Notes: generated by a model from the letters alone, not told the origin. Counted from the first letter of the stretch, positions 50,739 to 60,606 are shown. The stretch is DNA of 64,000 nucleotides from Bifidobacterium breve (GCA_945865605.1 CAMBEL010000003.1:3480-67479), one strand, 5' to 3'. Numbers and translations: made by a program.

Positions 50739-51848
50739 ATCTGCGCCCTCCGTATCGCCATCGATGGCACGCCGCTGCTTGGCCAACGCACGGGCGTGGG
50801 TGAGGTCGTTGCTGGGCTGCTTTGTGCATTCGCTGGACGAACCGACGTCGACCCGATTCCATATGCGCTGTCTTGGCGAGGACGTGAAGAACTTGCTGCA
50901 GCGCTCCCCGATGGAATGCGCGGGGTTACGCGCCCGTTCCCAGCTCGCATTGTCCGCTCCGTCTGGGAACGGGGAATGCAGGAACCGCGGGTAGAACGAT
51001 GGACGGGAACAGTGGATGTAGTCCATGCACTCAACTACGTCGGTCCCCCCGCTCACGCTCCGGTGCTCGTAACGGTGCACGACCTAACATTTTTGCGTTT
51101 TCCTGAGATGTGCACGCGAGACACATTGCGCTACCCACAGCTCATTCGGCGCGCTCTCGATCGCGGGGCAACAATCCACGCTGTGAGCCATTTCGTGGCT
51201 GATGAGATACGAGAGGCATTCTCGATTGAACCCGAGCGCGTAGTAACAGTCCATAACGGCATCACAAATAGCATGCGCGGTGACCCGGCATCGGGAGCGC
51301 TCGCCGCTGGTGGCGAGCGCTATGTGCTCGCACTTGGGACCGTAGAACCGCGCAAGAACCTTCCAGCTCTGGTGCGAGCATTCGCGGCTCTTGCGGGGGC
51401 TGACTTAGATATCCGGCTTGTAATCGCTGGCGGGAATGGTTGGGGAAGCGAAGAACTCACTAGGGCCATCGACGCGTCAAAAGTACGCAACCGAATCACG
51501 CGTTTGGGTTACGTGACAACAACCCAACGGAACGACCTTCTAGCCGGCGCGACGGTATTTGCGTACCCGTCGATCTACGAGGGATTCGGACTTCCTCCAC
51601 TCGAAGCGATGGCAGCTGGGGTTCCGGTAGTGGCCAGCAGCGCTGGGTCGCTACCGGAAGTACTTGGTTCGGCCGCGCACTTGGTAGACCCATTTGACGA
51701 CGAAGCACTTGCCGCCGCACTGACACAGATGTCGAGCGATTCGGAGGCACGTACACGGCATATAGATGCGGGACTCGATCGAGTGCGGCTCTACTCGTGG
51801 GATGCGGCAGCCGCTGAGTTGATCGATCTTTACAAGAGGTTGGTATGA
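50739..51848 (+). CDS. GT4 glycosyltransferase (start codon anomalous)
   Basis: [19 protein letters not shown]-terminus upstream of the ORF-track start; [30 protein letters not shown]. Confidence 0.88.
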   Translation: MCALRIAIDGTPLLGQRTGVGEVVAGLLCAFAGRTDVDPIPYALSWRGREELAAALPDGMRGVTRPFPARIVRSVWERGMQEPRVERWTGTVDVVHALNYVGPPAHAPVLVTVHDLTFLRFPEMCTRDTLRYPQLIRRALDRGATIHAVSHFVADEIREAFSIEPERVVTVHNGITNSMRGDPASGALAAGGERYVLALGTVEPRKNLPALVRAFAALAGADLDIRLVIAGGNGWGSEELTRAIDASKVRNRITRLGYVTTTQRNDLLAGATVFAYPSIYEGFGLPPLEAMAAGVPVVASSAGSLPEVLGSAAHLVDPFDDEALAAALTQMSSDSEARTRHIDAGLDRVRLYSWDAAAAELIDLYKRLV

Positions 51849-52933
51849 GAGTCGCGCTCCATGTCGGCCAACTCTTGCAACCACTGCCTGGCGGCATAGG
51901 GCGTTACGTGTGGTCGCTTACTGCCAATCTGCCGCAAGTGGGTGTTGATGTAACGCCTTTCGCTGCTGGCGATATCCCAAGTGAATGGGCCACGTCGCTG
52001 CCTGAATATAGAAATATTGGCTGGCCGACCGGCCCACTCCGATATGAACTTTGGCACCGCTTAAGACAACCAGTCGTACGCGTCGCATGCGACGTCATCC
52101 ATGCTCCGAGCCTCGCGGTGCCGCCAACAGGGCGAGTGCCCCTTGTAGTGACCGCGCACGACCTTGCTTTCTTGCGACACCCGGACGCATTCACGCGCCG
52201 TGGAGTTACCTTTCATCGGCGCGGTCTTGCCATTACATACCAAGAAGCTGCAATCGTCCTCACGGCTTCGCAATTTGCGTTCGACGAATTAGTAAGCATC
52301 GGCTTCGAAAGTACGCGGATACGACTGGTGCCACATGGAGTTGCAGTTCCCACGACGGAATCCGATGCAGCCATCGCTAGCCGCTTGCAGCGAATCGGAG
52401 TACAACAACCTTTCGCGCTTTTCGTCGGCACCCTGGAACCTCGCAAGGGCCTAGACACACTGACGAGAGCGTTCGGGCGCGTCAGAAAGGCGCACCCCGA
52501 CCTTTCGCTTGTGGTCGTCGGGCCTCAGGGGTGGCTAACAGTTCCGAGTCTCGAAGGCCCAGGGATCCGAGTGTTAGGACGTGTTGACGAACTAACCCTC
52601 GACGCGTTGTATCACCGGGCAACACTGTGTGCGGTCCCTTCTCTCTACGAAGGCTTCGGACTGCCTGCCCTTGAAGCGATGGCTCGCGGGTGTCCGGTCG
52701 TCGCGTCATCGGCCACTTCATTGACCGAAGTAGTCGGCACCTCCGGCCTACTCGTGGCTCCGAACGACGTAGAGGCCTGGACAGACGCAATCCAATCGTT
52801 ACTCGATGACCCAACCGCGCGCCAAGAATTCGCGAGTCTCGGGCGTGCGCGGTCCCAGCAATTCACCTGGTCGGATTCGGCGAAGGCACACGCTGCGGCG
52901 TACGAGGACGCGGTAGAGATGACGCGCCCATAG
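51845..52933 (+). CDS. GT4 glycosyltransferase
   Basis: GGIGRY, VTAHDL, GTLEPRKG, PSLYEGFGLPALEAM. Confidence 0.93.
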   Translation: MRVALHVGQLLQPLPGGIGRYVWSLTANLPQVGVDVTPFAAGDIPSEWATSLPEYRNIGWPTGPLRYELWHRLRQPVVRVACDVIHAPSLAVPPTGRVPLVVTAHDLAFLRHPDAFTRRGVTFHRRGLAITYQEAAIVLTASQFAFDELVSIGFESTRIRLVPHGVAVPTTESDAAIASRLQRIGVQQPFALFVGTLEPRKGLDTLTRAFGRVRKAHPDLSLVVVGPQGWLTVPSLEGPGIRVLGRVDELTLDALYHRATLCAVPSLYEGFGLPALEAMARGCPVVASSATSLTEVVGTSGLLVAPNDVEAWTDAIQSLLDDPTARQEFASLGRARSQQFTWSDSAKAHAAAYEDAVEMTRP

Positions 52934-52944
52934 ACTCATCCTCC

Positions 52945-54072
52945 GTGCGCCTACTGCTCGACGTGTCGGCCGTCCCGACCCAACCCGTAGGTGCTGGCGT
53001 GTACACGGTTTGTCTCGCAACGGAACTCGACACGCGAGACACAATCGAGATGCACCTGCTTACGCGATCGGACGATGGACAGCGGTGGAGCCGCATCGCG
53101 CCGAATGCGATTATTCATGCAGTAGTACCCAACTCTCGGCCGGCACGCCTTGCATGGGAACAGGTCAAGGCCCCCGCTCTCGCCATTCGCCTCGACATCG
53201 ACGTCTGGCATGGACCGCATTACACGATGCCTTTGCGGTGTTCCGTCCCGGCGGTAGTCACCGTGCACGATCTCACGTTCTTCGAACATGCCGAGTGGCA
53301 CGAACGTTCAAAGACGGCATTCTTCAAGGGAATGATACGAGCCAGCGTGAAACGCGCGAAGGCGATCGTGGCTGTAAGCGGGCACACTCGCGACCGACTC
53401 GACGCGGTGCTACATCCATCTGCGCCAATCGTCATCGCCCCTCACGGCGTCGATCACGAACGGTTCCGCGTTGCACCCCGAGGCGACACAGCGGACATTG
53501 AGCGCTTGGCGCACCTCGGAATTCGGCCGCCATACATCGCTTTCGCCGGGCTTCTAGAACCCCGCAAGGATGTCCCTAACCTCATTGACGCGTTCGCCCG
53601 TGTCGCTCGCCGGCATCCGGAACTACGCCTAGTGCTCGCAGGGCGCGACGGCTGGGGAGCGGATGCGGTACGAGATGCAATCTCATCGAGCGGGTTTACT
53701 ACTCGGATAATGCGAACTGGATGGTTCCCTGATGAAGCCTTGGCCGCGCTATTCCGCCAGGCCGAGTTAGTTGCGTACCCATCGCTCGAGGAAGGCTTTG
53801 GACTTCCGGCGCTCGAAGCACTCGCGTGCGGAGCGGCATTGATAACAACTACCGGCTCGGCCATGGAGGAGGTCGCACATGACTCTGCGGTCTTGGTCCC
53901 TCCATCTAGGCCAGACGTTTTGGCCGAAGCGATCAATACGGTGTTAGATAACCCAGTGAACTCTCTCCGCTTGCGCACTGACGGCCCGAAACGGGCTGCA
54001 ACCTTTTCGTGGGAACGGTCGGGCGACCTGCATCTCAAGGCTTACCAAACAGCGATTGTAGAAACGCGATGA
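52945..54072 (+). CDS. GT4 glycosyltransferase
   Basis: GAGVY, VTVHDL, LEPRKD, YPSLEEGFGLPALEAL. Confidence 0.93.
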   Translation: MRLLLDVSAVPTQPVGAGVYTVCLATELDTRDTIEMHLLTRSDDGQRWSRIAPNAIIHAVVPNSRPARLAWEQVKAPALAIRLDIDVWHGPHYTMPLRCSVPAVVTVHDLTFFEHAEWHERSKTAFFKGMIRASVKRAKAIVAVSGHTRDRLDAVLHPSAPIVIAPHGVDHERFRVAPRGDTADIERLAHLGIRPPYIAFAGLLEPRKDVPNLIDAFARVARRHPELRLVLAGRDGWGADAVRDAISSSGFTTRIMRTGWFPDEALAALFRQAELVAYPSLEEGFGLPALEALACGAALITTTGSAMEEVAHDSAVLVPPSRPDVLAEAINTVLDNPVNSLRLRTDGPKRAATFSWERSGDLHLKAYQTAIVETR

Positions 54073-54977
54073 CCGTCTTGGTAACCGGTTCCGTCGGATT
54101 CGTAGGACCGCATCTCACGAGTCACCTCGAAAATTGTGGAGACGAAGTCGTCGGCGTAGATCAGTTTGGCCCGGTGCCACTGGACATCACCGACGCTGAT
54201 GCCGTGCACGGCGCGTTTCAAGACGCATCACCTCGTGTCGTGTACCACCTCGCTGCGTTGAGCAGCGTCGGTGATAGTTGGAAGAGCCCAGTCGCTTCTT
54301 TCCGTGTAAACGTGGAGGGAACGCTGAACGTTCTGCGCGCGGCCATCGACCTCAAGATCGGGCGCGTTGTTGTCATCTTGTCGAGTGAGGAATACGGACA
54401 CGTACAAGAGTCCGACCTGCCAATCACCGAAGACACCGCCATCCGGCCAGTGACTCCGTACGGGGCAACCAAGGCGGCGGCAGACATGCTCGCTATCCAA
54501 GCATTTCTTGGAGACGGTCTTGCAACCGTTCGTGTGCGCCCCTTCGGCCACACTGGTCCCGGTCAGACGCCTGGATTTGTTGTACCTGCATTGGCTCATC
54601 GGATTGCACGGGCGGAACGCGACGGGGTCGACGAGATACCGGTCGGTTCCCTCGAAGCCATCCGAGACTTGAGCGACGTTCGAGATGTGGTCCGCGCATA
54701 CCGGCTACTAGCGGAACATGGTGAACCCGGTGAGGTCTACAACGTCTGTTCTGGAGTCGGGGTAAGCATTCAGGAAATCGCGGATCGCCTTCTAGCGCGA
54801 GCGAAACGCGAGATTCGCTTGGTCGTCGATCCTCAACTCGTTCGACCGACTGAGATACCGCGCATGATCGGCTCGAACCAACGCTTACGTACGGCTACCG
54901 GATGGTTTCCGGAGATTGGTCTCGATCAAACGCTCGCGGACGTACTAGACGCAGCTCGCAGAACAACCGATACCTAG
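54069..54977 (+). CDS. Extended SDR, GDP-4-keto-6-deoxymannose reductase (Rmd)/Gmd-like
   Basis: TGSVGFVG, HLAALSSVGDSW, SSEEYG, YGATK, RPFGHTGPGQ, RDLSDVRDVVRAY, YNVCSG. Confidence 0.85.
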   Translation: MTVLVTGSVGFVGPHLTSHLENCGDEVVGVDQFGPVPLDITDADAVHGAFQDASPRVVYHLAALSSVGDSWKSPVASFRVNVEGTLNVLRAAIDLKIGRVVVILSSEEYGHVQESDLPITEDTAIRPVTPYGATKAAADMLAIQAFLGDGLATVRVRPFGHTGPGQTPGFVVPALAHRIARAERDGVDEIPVGSLEAIRDLSDVRDVVRAYRLLAEHGEPGEVYNVCSGVGVSIQEIADRLLARAKREIRLVVDPQLVRPTEIPRMIGSNQRLRTATGWFPEIGLDQTLADVLDAARRTTDT

Positions 54978-55717
54978 ACTTCCTGGCGATCCAACCAACC
55001 CAGCAGGCTGGCGATTGCGCGCGGGTCGTGACGCAGTCGACGTGCGGCCGTCTGTACGATTCGGAGATCTGCCGCACCGTGCGCATCGGCAATCGCACGA
55101 GCGTCTTCGACCGATACAACATCGTCCTCTGTTCCTTGTAGGACAAGCAGCGGACGGGGCGCAACGAGACGCGCAGCTGCAGGTGCATCAATCGCCTCGA
55201 TTTCTCGAATCCAAGTTCCAGCGTCGAATGGGAAACCGGTAGTACGGAATACGCCCATGCGGCGACAATGCTTTAGGAAACGGTTGGGATCTCGCGTCCA
55301 TTCGCGCAGCGTGGATTCAGCACCGAGGGTGGCGACGCCGCGCACGCGCTCATCACGGGCTGCGCTGACCAGCGACAGCGATCCTCCCACCCCCGTACCA
55401 ACCAGCCAAATGCCGAGCACATCATCGCGTGCATGGAGATGATCGATAGCAGCACGCTGATCCGCCAACCATCCCGAAATGGAGAAGTCGCCATCGCTGC
55501 CGCCTGTTCCCCGTAGGTTAAATGTGAAGACGATCCATCCGGCATCACGTGCGATGCGGTCAGCCAATTCAGGAAACGTCAACCCCGAAGCCAACGCACC
55601 GCGCGGGGGCACGGGGAAGTCGTGGGTGAGCACCAACGCTGGCGCGGGGCCCGTACCAGGAGGACGCGCCAGATGAGTCGCAAGTTTCAACCCGTCTACT
55701 GCGATCTGGTCGTCCAC
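54974..55717 (-). CDS. Alpha/beta-hydrolase fold protein (catalytic motifs degenerate)
   Basis: NLRGTGGSDGDFS, GTGVGG at the nucleophile elbow, QGTEDDVV; start set at GTG 55717. Confidence 0.8.
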   Translation of the reverse strand: MDDQIAVDGLKLATHLARPPGTGPAPALVLTHDFPVPPRGALASGLTFPELADRIARDAGWIVFTFNLRGTGGSDGDFSISGWLADQRAAIDHLHARDDVLGIWLVGTGVGGSLSLVSAARDERVRGVATLGAESTLREWTRDPNRFLKHCRRMGVFRTTGFPFDAGTWIREIEAIDAPAAARLVAPRPLLVLQGTEDDVVSVEDARAIADAHGAADLRIVQTAARRLRHDPRAIASLLGWLDRQEV

Positions 55718-55738
55718 TACACCATTATCCTGTTTCGC

Positions 55739-56344
55739 ATGGCCACCAACCGGATCCGATGCCCCGCCTTCAAGGAATGGGCTGTCGTGGTACGAGCGCT
55801 CCTGCAGGGTGAGCAAATTCTCGATGTTCGAAAGGGTGGAATCAGCGAAGACGAGCGCCACTTCTCAGTGCAGTCGAATCGCTTCTGGTTGTATCCCACC
55901 GTTGAGCACCAGCGCGCCGAACTATGCAAACCCGCTTATGCGCGATGGGTCCCAGAAACGGAAACTACGGCACCTCCAAATCGCGACATCAGGATCGACG
56001 GATGGGCGGACATCGTTAGAACTGCGAGTACCAACAATCCAGACGTGCTCGACGTGCTCGACGGAAGGGTCATTTGGACTCGCGACTATGTCGAATCGCG
56101 TTTCTCTTGGAAGAAGCAAGAACCACTGTGGATACTCGCTCTTAGGGTGTACCGCCTTCACGATTCGGTGACTATCCCCTACCGAGATGAGTACGGAGGT
56201 TGCACATCTTGGGTAGATCTAGACGGGCTACCCGATGACCCCGCATCGCTGCCATCGGTTCCAGCACTTTCTCAGATCGCGTTCTTGTCACGTCTTAGAG
56301 CGGCATCGGAAGTAATCCCTGATGGCTTAGAAAAGCCGCCGTGA
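55739..56344 (+). CDS. DUF1802 family protein
   Basis: AFKEWAVVVRAL..GEQ..RKGGISE, FWLYPT..HQ, YGGCTSWV. Confidence 0.88.
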   Translation: MATNRIRCPAFKEWAVVVRALLQGEQILDVRKGGISEDERHFSVQSNRFWLYPTVEHQRAELCKPAYARWVPETETTAPPNRDIRIDGWADIVRTASTNNPDVLDVLDGRVIWTRDYVESRFSWKKQEPLWILALRVYRLHDSVTIPYRDEYGGCTSWVDLDGLPDDPASLPSVPALSQIAFLSRLRAASEVIPDGLEKPP

Positions 56345-56360
56345 GCCTCGAATTTTTAGG

Positions 56361-56552
56361 TCAGTCAGCTGCGCGATAACCACGATTACGAGCTTCGGCT
56401 GGCGTGTCCGGAGCGAAGCACGTGAACTGATCGGATGCCATCAGTTCCGTAATCACCTTTTGGTCGATCTCAGGTGAGTCAAGGTCGTGGTAACGCTGCG
56501 TTCTCTTGTCACCAACGTAACGAAACTCTTCAAACTTGAGTGGACGACTCAT
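56361..56552 (-). CDS. Small hypothetical protein
   Basis: 63 aa, GDKRTQ and FAPDTPAEARNRGY motifs; follows the upstream gene by 9 nt. Confidence 0.7.
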   Translation of the reverse strand: MSRPLKFEEFRYVGDKRTQRYHDLDSPEIDQKVITELMASDQFTCFAPDTPAEARNRGYRAAD

Positions 56553-56561
56553 CTCGCAAGA

Positions 56562-57035
56562 CTACGCCGGAGCAATGTCGTTCGGCGATACATCTTCTTG
56601 TTCCGATTCCACATGCGATCCCATCGCTCCGATCAGGCCTAGGTAATCGACCTGGCAAAGCACGACCGGTTTGATTTGTTCGCGCAGGTACGCCTCCCCG
56701 GTCTCCCTGCATCGCAACTCGATGTAGTCGACAACTTCGGTGACATCAAACGACACCTGCTTATCAGTATCGACCTGGAGTTCACTTTGCGAGATTTCGC
56801 GGCTTTCGAAGAACGCGAGTTCAAAGTCAAGGATGCGACGCAAGTCGTCTGGAGTCAATGTTGACGCGACCAGATCGTCGAGTCGTTCGATTACCCATGC
56901 ATATGCGTCATCTGGATCGAACACAGCTAGAGGCGGAACCTCGGACATGCGAGCCGCCTCACGCATCACAAATCCACCGGCGATCGCTAACACGACTCCA
57001 AGCACCACGAATGCAACAATTACGGCCACGATCAA
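56562..57035 (-). CDS. Hypothetical membrane-anchored protein
   Basis: N-terminal TM, acidic soluble domain, YLGLIGAMG; TTG start uncertain. Confidence 0.72.
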   Translation of the reverse strand: MIVAVIVAFVVLGVVLAIAGGFVMREAARMSEVPPLAVFDPDDAYAWVIERLDDLVASTLTPDDLRRILDFELAFFESREISQSELQVDTDKQVSFDVTEVVDYIELRCRETGEAYLREQIKPVVLCQVDYLGLIGAMGSHVESEQEDVSPNDIAPA

Positions 57036-57121
57036 AGCCTACGCGCGCACGGACCCGTTTCGACACGCGCTATGCGCACCAGGGTGCCCCATTTCAGCGC
57101 TGAAACAGGATTTGACTTTGG

Positions 57122-58252
57122 TCAGATGCCGATTCGTTGAGCTAGTAGCTCGCGATGGTACGTAGCGTCGCCTAGCAGAATCTCAGACGACTTTGCTCGC
57201 TTGAAGTACAAGTGTGCGTCGTGTTCCCATGTGAATCCGATCCCTCCATGGATCTGGATATTTTCCGCCGCTGAGTGGAAATAAGCATCCGAACAGTAAG
57301 CCTTGGCAAGAGACGCGACGACTGGCAGTTCATCGTTGTCTTCGGCAGCGCACCATGACGCGTAATAGGCAGCCGACTTCGCAGACTCAACCTCGAGAAG
57401 CATGTCTGCACATTTGTGCTTGATCGCTTGGAACGAGCCAATCGGCCTTCCGAACTGCACGCGGTCCTTCGCATACTGAACTGACTCTTCGAGCACGTAC
57501 TGCGCTCCACCGACCATCTCGTTGCAGATCCCGACCGCTGCCTGATCGAGAGTCTTGGACAATGCAGCCCATCCCGATCCCGGCTTGCCTAGCGGTGTTG
57601 CTGCGACGTTATTGAATTCGAGCCGCGCCTGCTTGCGCGTCTGATCCATTGTCGCGAGCGGCGTACGGGTGAGACCCTCGGCATCGCCGGAAACGGTGTA
57701 GAAGCCAATGCCATCTTCACCAGTAGTGCCGGCTTGACGTGCCACGACGACGATAAGTCCAGCTATGTGCCCGTCTACGACGAACATCTTCTCGCCGCTG
57801 AGCGTTACAGAGTCGCCCGAGCCGCCTGCTTCCATCGTGATGCCAGAAGCGTCCCACTTGCCGTTCGGTTCCGTAAACGCGAGCGTCGCGATTGTTTCGC
57901 CACTCGCGATGCCAGGTAAGAACTTTGCCATCTGCTCGTCCGTCCCAGCGTTCATGATCGCGCTCGTAGCCAAGACCACGGTTGAGAAGTACGGCGTGCA
58001 AATAAGCGAACGCCCCATCTCTTCGAGAACTATTCCAAGTTCAACCCAGGTGAAGCCCTGACCGCCATAACTCTCGGGAATGTGCAGACTCTGCAAACCG
58101 AGTTCTGCGGCCATCTGCGACCAAACGGCTTCGTCGTAACCCTCGGTTGTCTCCATCAATCGACGAACTTCAGATTCGGGGCTCTTGGCTTCAAGAAACT
58201 TACGTACGTGATCGCGCAGCTGGTCCTGCTCCTCGGAGAATGCAAAGTTCAC
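57122..58252 (-). CDS. Acyl-CoA dehydrogenase (FadE-type)
   Basis: FSEEQ, IPESYGG, RVQFGRPIGSFQAIKH, QIHGGIGFTWEH. Confidence 0.95.
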   Translation of the reverse strand: MNFAFSEEQDQLRDHVRKFLEAKSPESEVRRLMETTEGYDEAVWSQMAAELGLQSLHIPESYGGQGFTWVELGIVLEEMGRSLICTPYFSTVVLATSAIMNAGTDEQMAKFLPGIASGETIATLAFTEPNGKWDASGITMEAGGSGDSVTLSGEKMFVVDGHIAGLIVVVARQAGTTGEDGIGFYTVSGDAEGLTRTPLATMDQTRKQARLEFNNVAATPLGKPGSGWAALSKTLDQAAVGICNEMVGGAQYVLEESVQYAKDRVQFGRPIGSFQAIKHKCADMLLEVESAKSAAYYASWCAAEDNDELPVVASLAKAYCSDAYFHSAAENIQIHGGIGFTWEHDAHLYFKRAKSSEILLGDATYHRELLAQRIGI

Positions 58253-58263
58253 TGTCTGCTCCC

Positions 58264-58832
58264 TTACCTGGGTTCACGCGGGAGTCCAAGCACCCGCTCG
58301 CCGATGATGTTGCGTTGAATCTCACTTGCGCCAGCGTAAATAGTCTCCGCCCGACTCGACATAAAAATACGGTGGAACTCGTCTAGTTCATATTCCGAAC
58401 CAGGCGTTGCCCCAACAATGCTCGCTGCGGCCCCTAGAACATGCATCGACCGTTCTCCGAGCGTGCGATGCCAGTTGCTCCAGTACAACTTTCCAATGCT
58501 GCTCGAAGGGCCAATGACGCCATTCTTAACCAAGTCCGTGAGCATCCGAAGCCCGTTGTACTTCATAATTTGTACGCCGATATAGGAGTCCGCCAACTCC
58601 TGGCGGATGGTCGGATCGCTGGACTTACCGTTACCCTGTGCCGCTTCAACGATCACCGCGAGTTCCCCCTGAAACGCAAGTTGTTGGCTAAGAAATGCGG
58701 TACCACGCTCAAATCCAAGTGTTGCCATAGCGACCTGCCAATCGCCGCGAACCGCTCGGTGAGATGTTCTCTGAGCCAGGCCCGGATTTCCTGGCGGAAA
58801 GAGGCTTCTAGGGGCGAGTCGTTGAAGTCCAT
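58264..58832 (-). pseudogene. Acyl-CoA dehydrogenase with large internal deletion and frameshift
   Basis: ATG 58832 gives MDFNDSPLEASFRQEIRAWLREHL (ACAD N-terminus); a different frame gives GDWQVAMATLGFERG...TIYAGASEIQRNIIGERVLGLPREP (C-terminus); ~190 codons in total versus ~390 expected. Confidence 0.85.
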
Positions 58833-58951
58833 ACGCGGGACCGACGGTACTTGACCACCCGATGCGACATCTAGCCGAGCAGACAAACGACCCCAACAGA
58901 CAGACCATCGGATCCAATCATGCTGACGCATTGCCGGTATCCTCCTCGACC

Positions 58952-59620
58952 ATGGAGATGCCCCAATCGGGCCAATACTTCGGGTTGACACGGTCCGCTC
59001 ACTACGAGACATCTGATGTACGCATCGACAAACTCGTCGTCGGCCCGTTCGAGAACAATGTGTTCTTGCTCCGATGCAAAAGCACCGGCGCTGCCGTCAT
59101 CCTCGATGCCGCCAACGAACACGAGTTGCTTGTCGAGGTGAGCAGGGCGACAGGGGTGAGCCGAGTCTTCACAACGCATGGCCATTGGGACCACATCCAA
59201 GCTGTCGAAGCAATGCGCGACGCAGGTATCGACATCGGTATTTCAACCCAAGACGCATCGATGCTGCCTGCTTACGACTTTACGCTTTCAGACGACGACC
59301 TTCTATCTGTTGGCGACCTTCGACTGCGCACGATACACACACCCGGTCACACACCTGGCTCTATCTGCTTCCATCTGCTCGGCCACCCTGTGCTGTTCAG
59401 CGGCGACACGTTGTTCCCAGGAGGTCCCGGAACCACCAGTTATGGGGACCTCCTGGGAGCAACGCGCCAAGGCTCCAATTTCGACCAGATCATCACTTCG
59501 ATCGATCGTCGCCTACTTACGCTGCCAGTCGAAACGCTCGTGTTGCCGGGCCACGGACTGGACACAACAATTGGTGCAGAGCGACCGCATCTCGATGACT
59601 GGGTCGCGCGCGGTTGGTAA
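58952..59620 (+). CDS. Metallo-beta-lactamase-fold hydrolase (glyoxalase II-like)
   Basis: THGHWDH, TPGHTPGS, FSGDTLFPGG, PGHG. Confidence 0.92.
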   Translation: MEMPQSGQYFGLTRSAHYETSDVRIDKLVVGPFENNVFLLRCKSTGAAVILDAANEHELLVEVSRATGVSRVFTTHGHWDHIQAVEAMRDAGIDIGISTQDASMLPAYDFTLSDDDLLSVGDLRLRTIHTPGHTPGSICFHLLGHPVLFSGDTLFPGGPGTTSYGDLLGATRQGSNFDQIITSIDRRLLTLPVETLVLPGHGLDTTIGAERPHLDDWVARGW

Positions 59621-59630
59621 TCGCACGGTA

Positions 59631-60587
59631 ATGACAAACCTCGGCACAAGATCAATAGCGGTCGTGGTCACCTTCGTCGCGCTCCTAGGAGCTTGCCGCT
59701 CCAACGATCAGCCGGCCTCCGTAGGGGGCAACAACCGAGCACACATAAGCACCGTGAATGTCTCGGAGACCGAGAGAGCCTCATTTCTCGAAATGGCAAT
59801 ACACGGTGGTCCCGACGACGCAAGCAATCGCAGCGCGACTGCGGCAGTTCAGCGGTGGAAACACAACGTCACCATCGCGTTGAAAGGTGAACCGACCGGT
59901 GAGGATCTTCTTCGAGTTCATCTAAATACCGCCCTGCTTTCAAAACTCATGGCGCCGCTCACTGTTACCGTTACGGATAAGCCCTCAACTGCGGACATCG
60001 TTGTTCACTTCGTAGACAGAAACCGGTTCGCTCCGCTTCTCGGTACTCATAAGTACCCGCCCGATGCCGACGGTGTAGCGCAGCCAAGAGTCGGAGACGG
60101 CACAAAGCACGGTGGGGAGATTCGATCCGTGACAGTGGTCGTCGACAGGAATCTCGGCCAATTCGCGCGCAATCGCGTTACTACCCACGAGTTGCTGCAC
60201 GCCATCGGCCTCGATCACTCGACTTGTGCTTCAAGCATCATGTATGCCGACGGGACCGACGATCCATCTCCCCTTTGGTCGCCCTCGCTTCTAGACCGGC
60301 GAATGGTCTCGTTGCTTTATCGCAGCGAAATCAGGCCTGGAGCCACACTCGCCGCTGTCGACAAAATATTGGTTCCATCGCTTCCTGTCGGAGCACAATG
60401 CACAGAGCCGCTTTGGCAATTGGTCATCGACAACACCGATAACAAGTCATACCTCTGCGAGGCCAGTTCCCAGCAATACCGGCCATGCACCGGCAATCTC
60501 ACGTTGGAACCCCAGTACCCGTTGATTGACCCTGACCTTTGGTTCGACGGGACGTACGTGTATTACGAGTTTCCACTACGGAGATAG
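59631..60587 (+). CDS. Lipoprotein zinc metalloprotease (metzincin/DUF2927-like)
   Basis: Lipobox LLGAC; HELLHAIGLDH and Met-turn SIMY; Cys-containing C-terminal domain. Confidence 0.75.
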   Translation: MTNLGTRSIAVVVTFVALLGACRSNDQPASVGGNNRAHISTVNVSETERASFLEMAIHGGPDDASNRSATAAVQRWKHNVTIALKGEPTGEDLLRVHLNTALLSKLMAPLTVTVTDKPSTADIVVHFVDRNRFAPLLGTHKYPPDADGVAQPRVGDGTKHGGEIRSVTVVVDRNLGQFARNRVTTHELLHAIGLDHSTCASSIMYADGTDDPSPLWSPSLLDRRMVSLLYRSEIRPGATLAAVDKILVPSLPVGAQCTEPLWQLVIDNTDNKSYLCEASSQQYRPCTGNLTLEPQYPLIDPDLWFDGTYVYYEFPLRR

Positions 60588-60606
60588 TGGTATTAGGATC
60601 GGTGCT

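Noticed and set aside
58833-58917. ORF-track N-terminus of the 217-aa ORF 58264..58917
   Set aside because: Residues before GDWQVAM are not ACAD-like; the real N-terminus is in another frame from ATG 58832.
59178-59630. ORF-track N-terminal extension of the metalloprotease overlapping the MBL gene
   Set aside because: Overlaps a well-supported gene in another frame; signal peptide and lipobox start at 59631.
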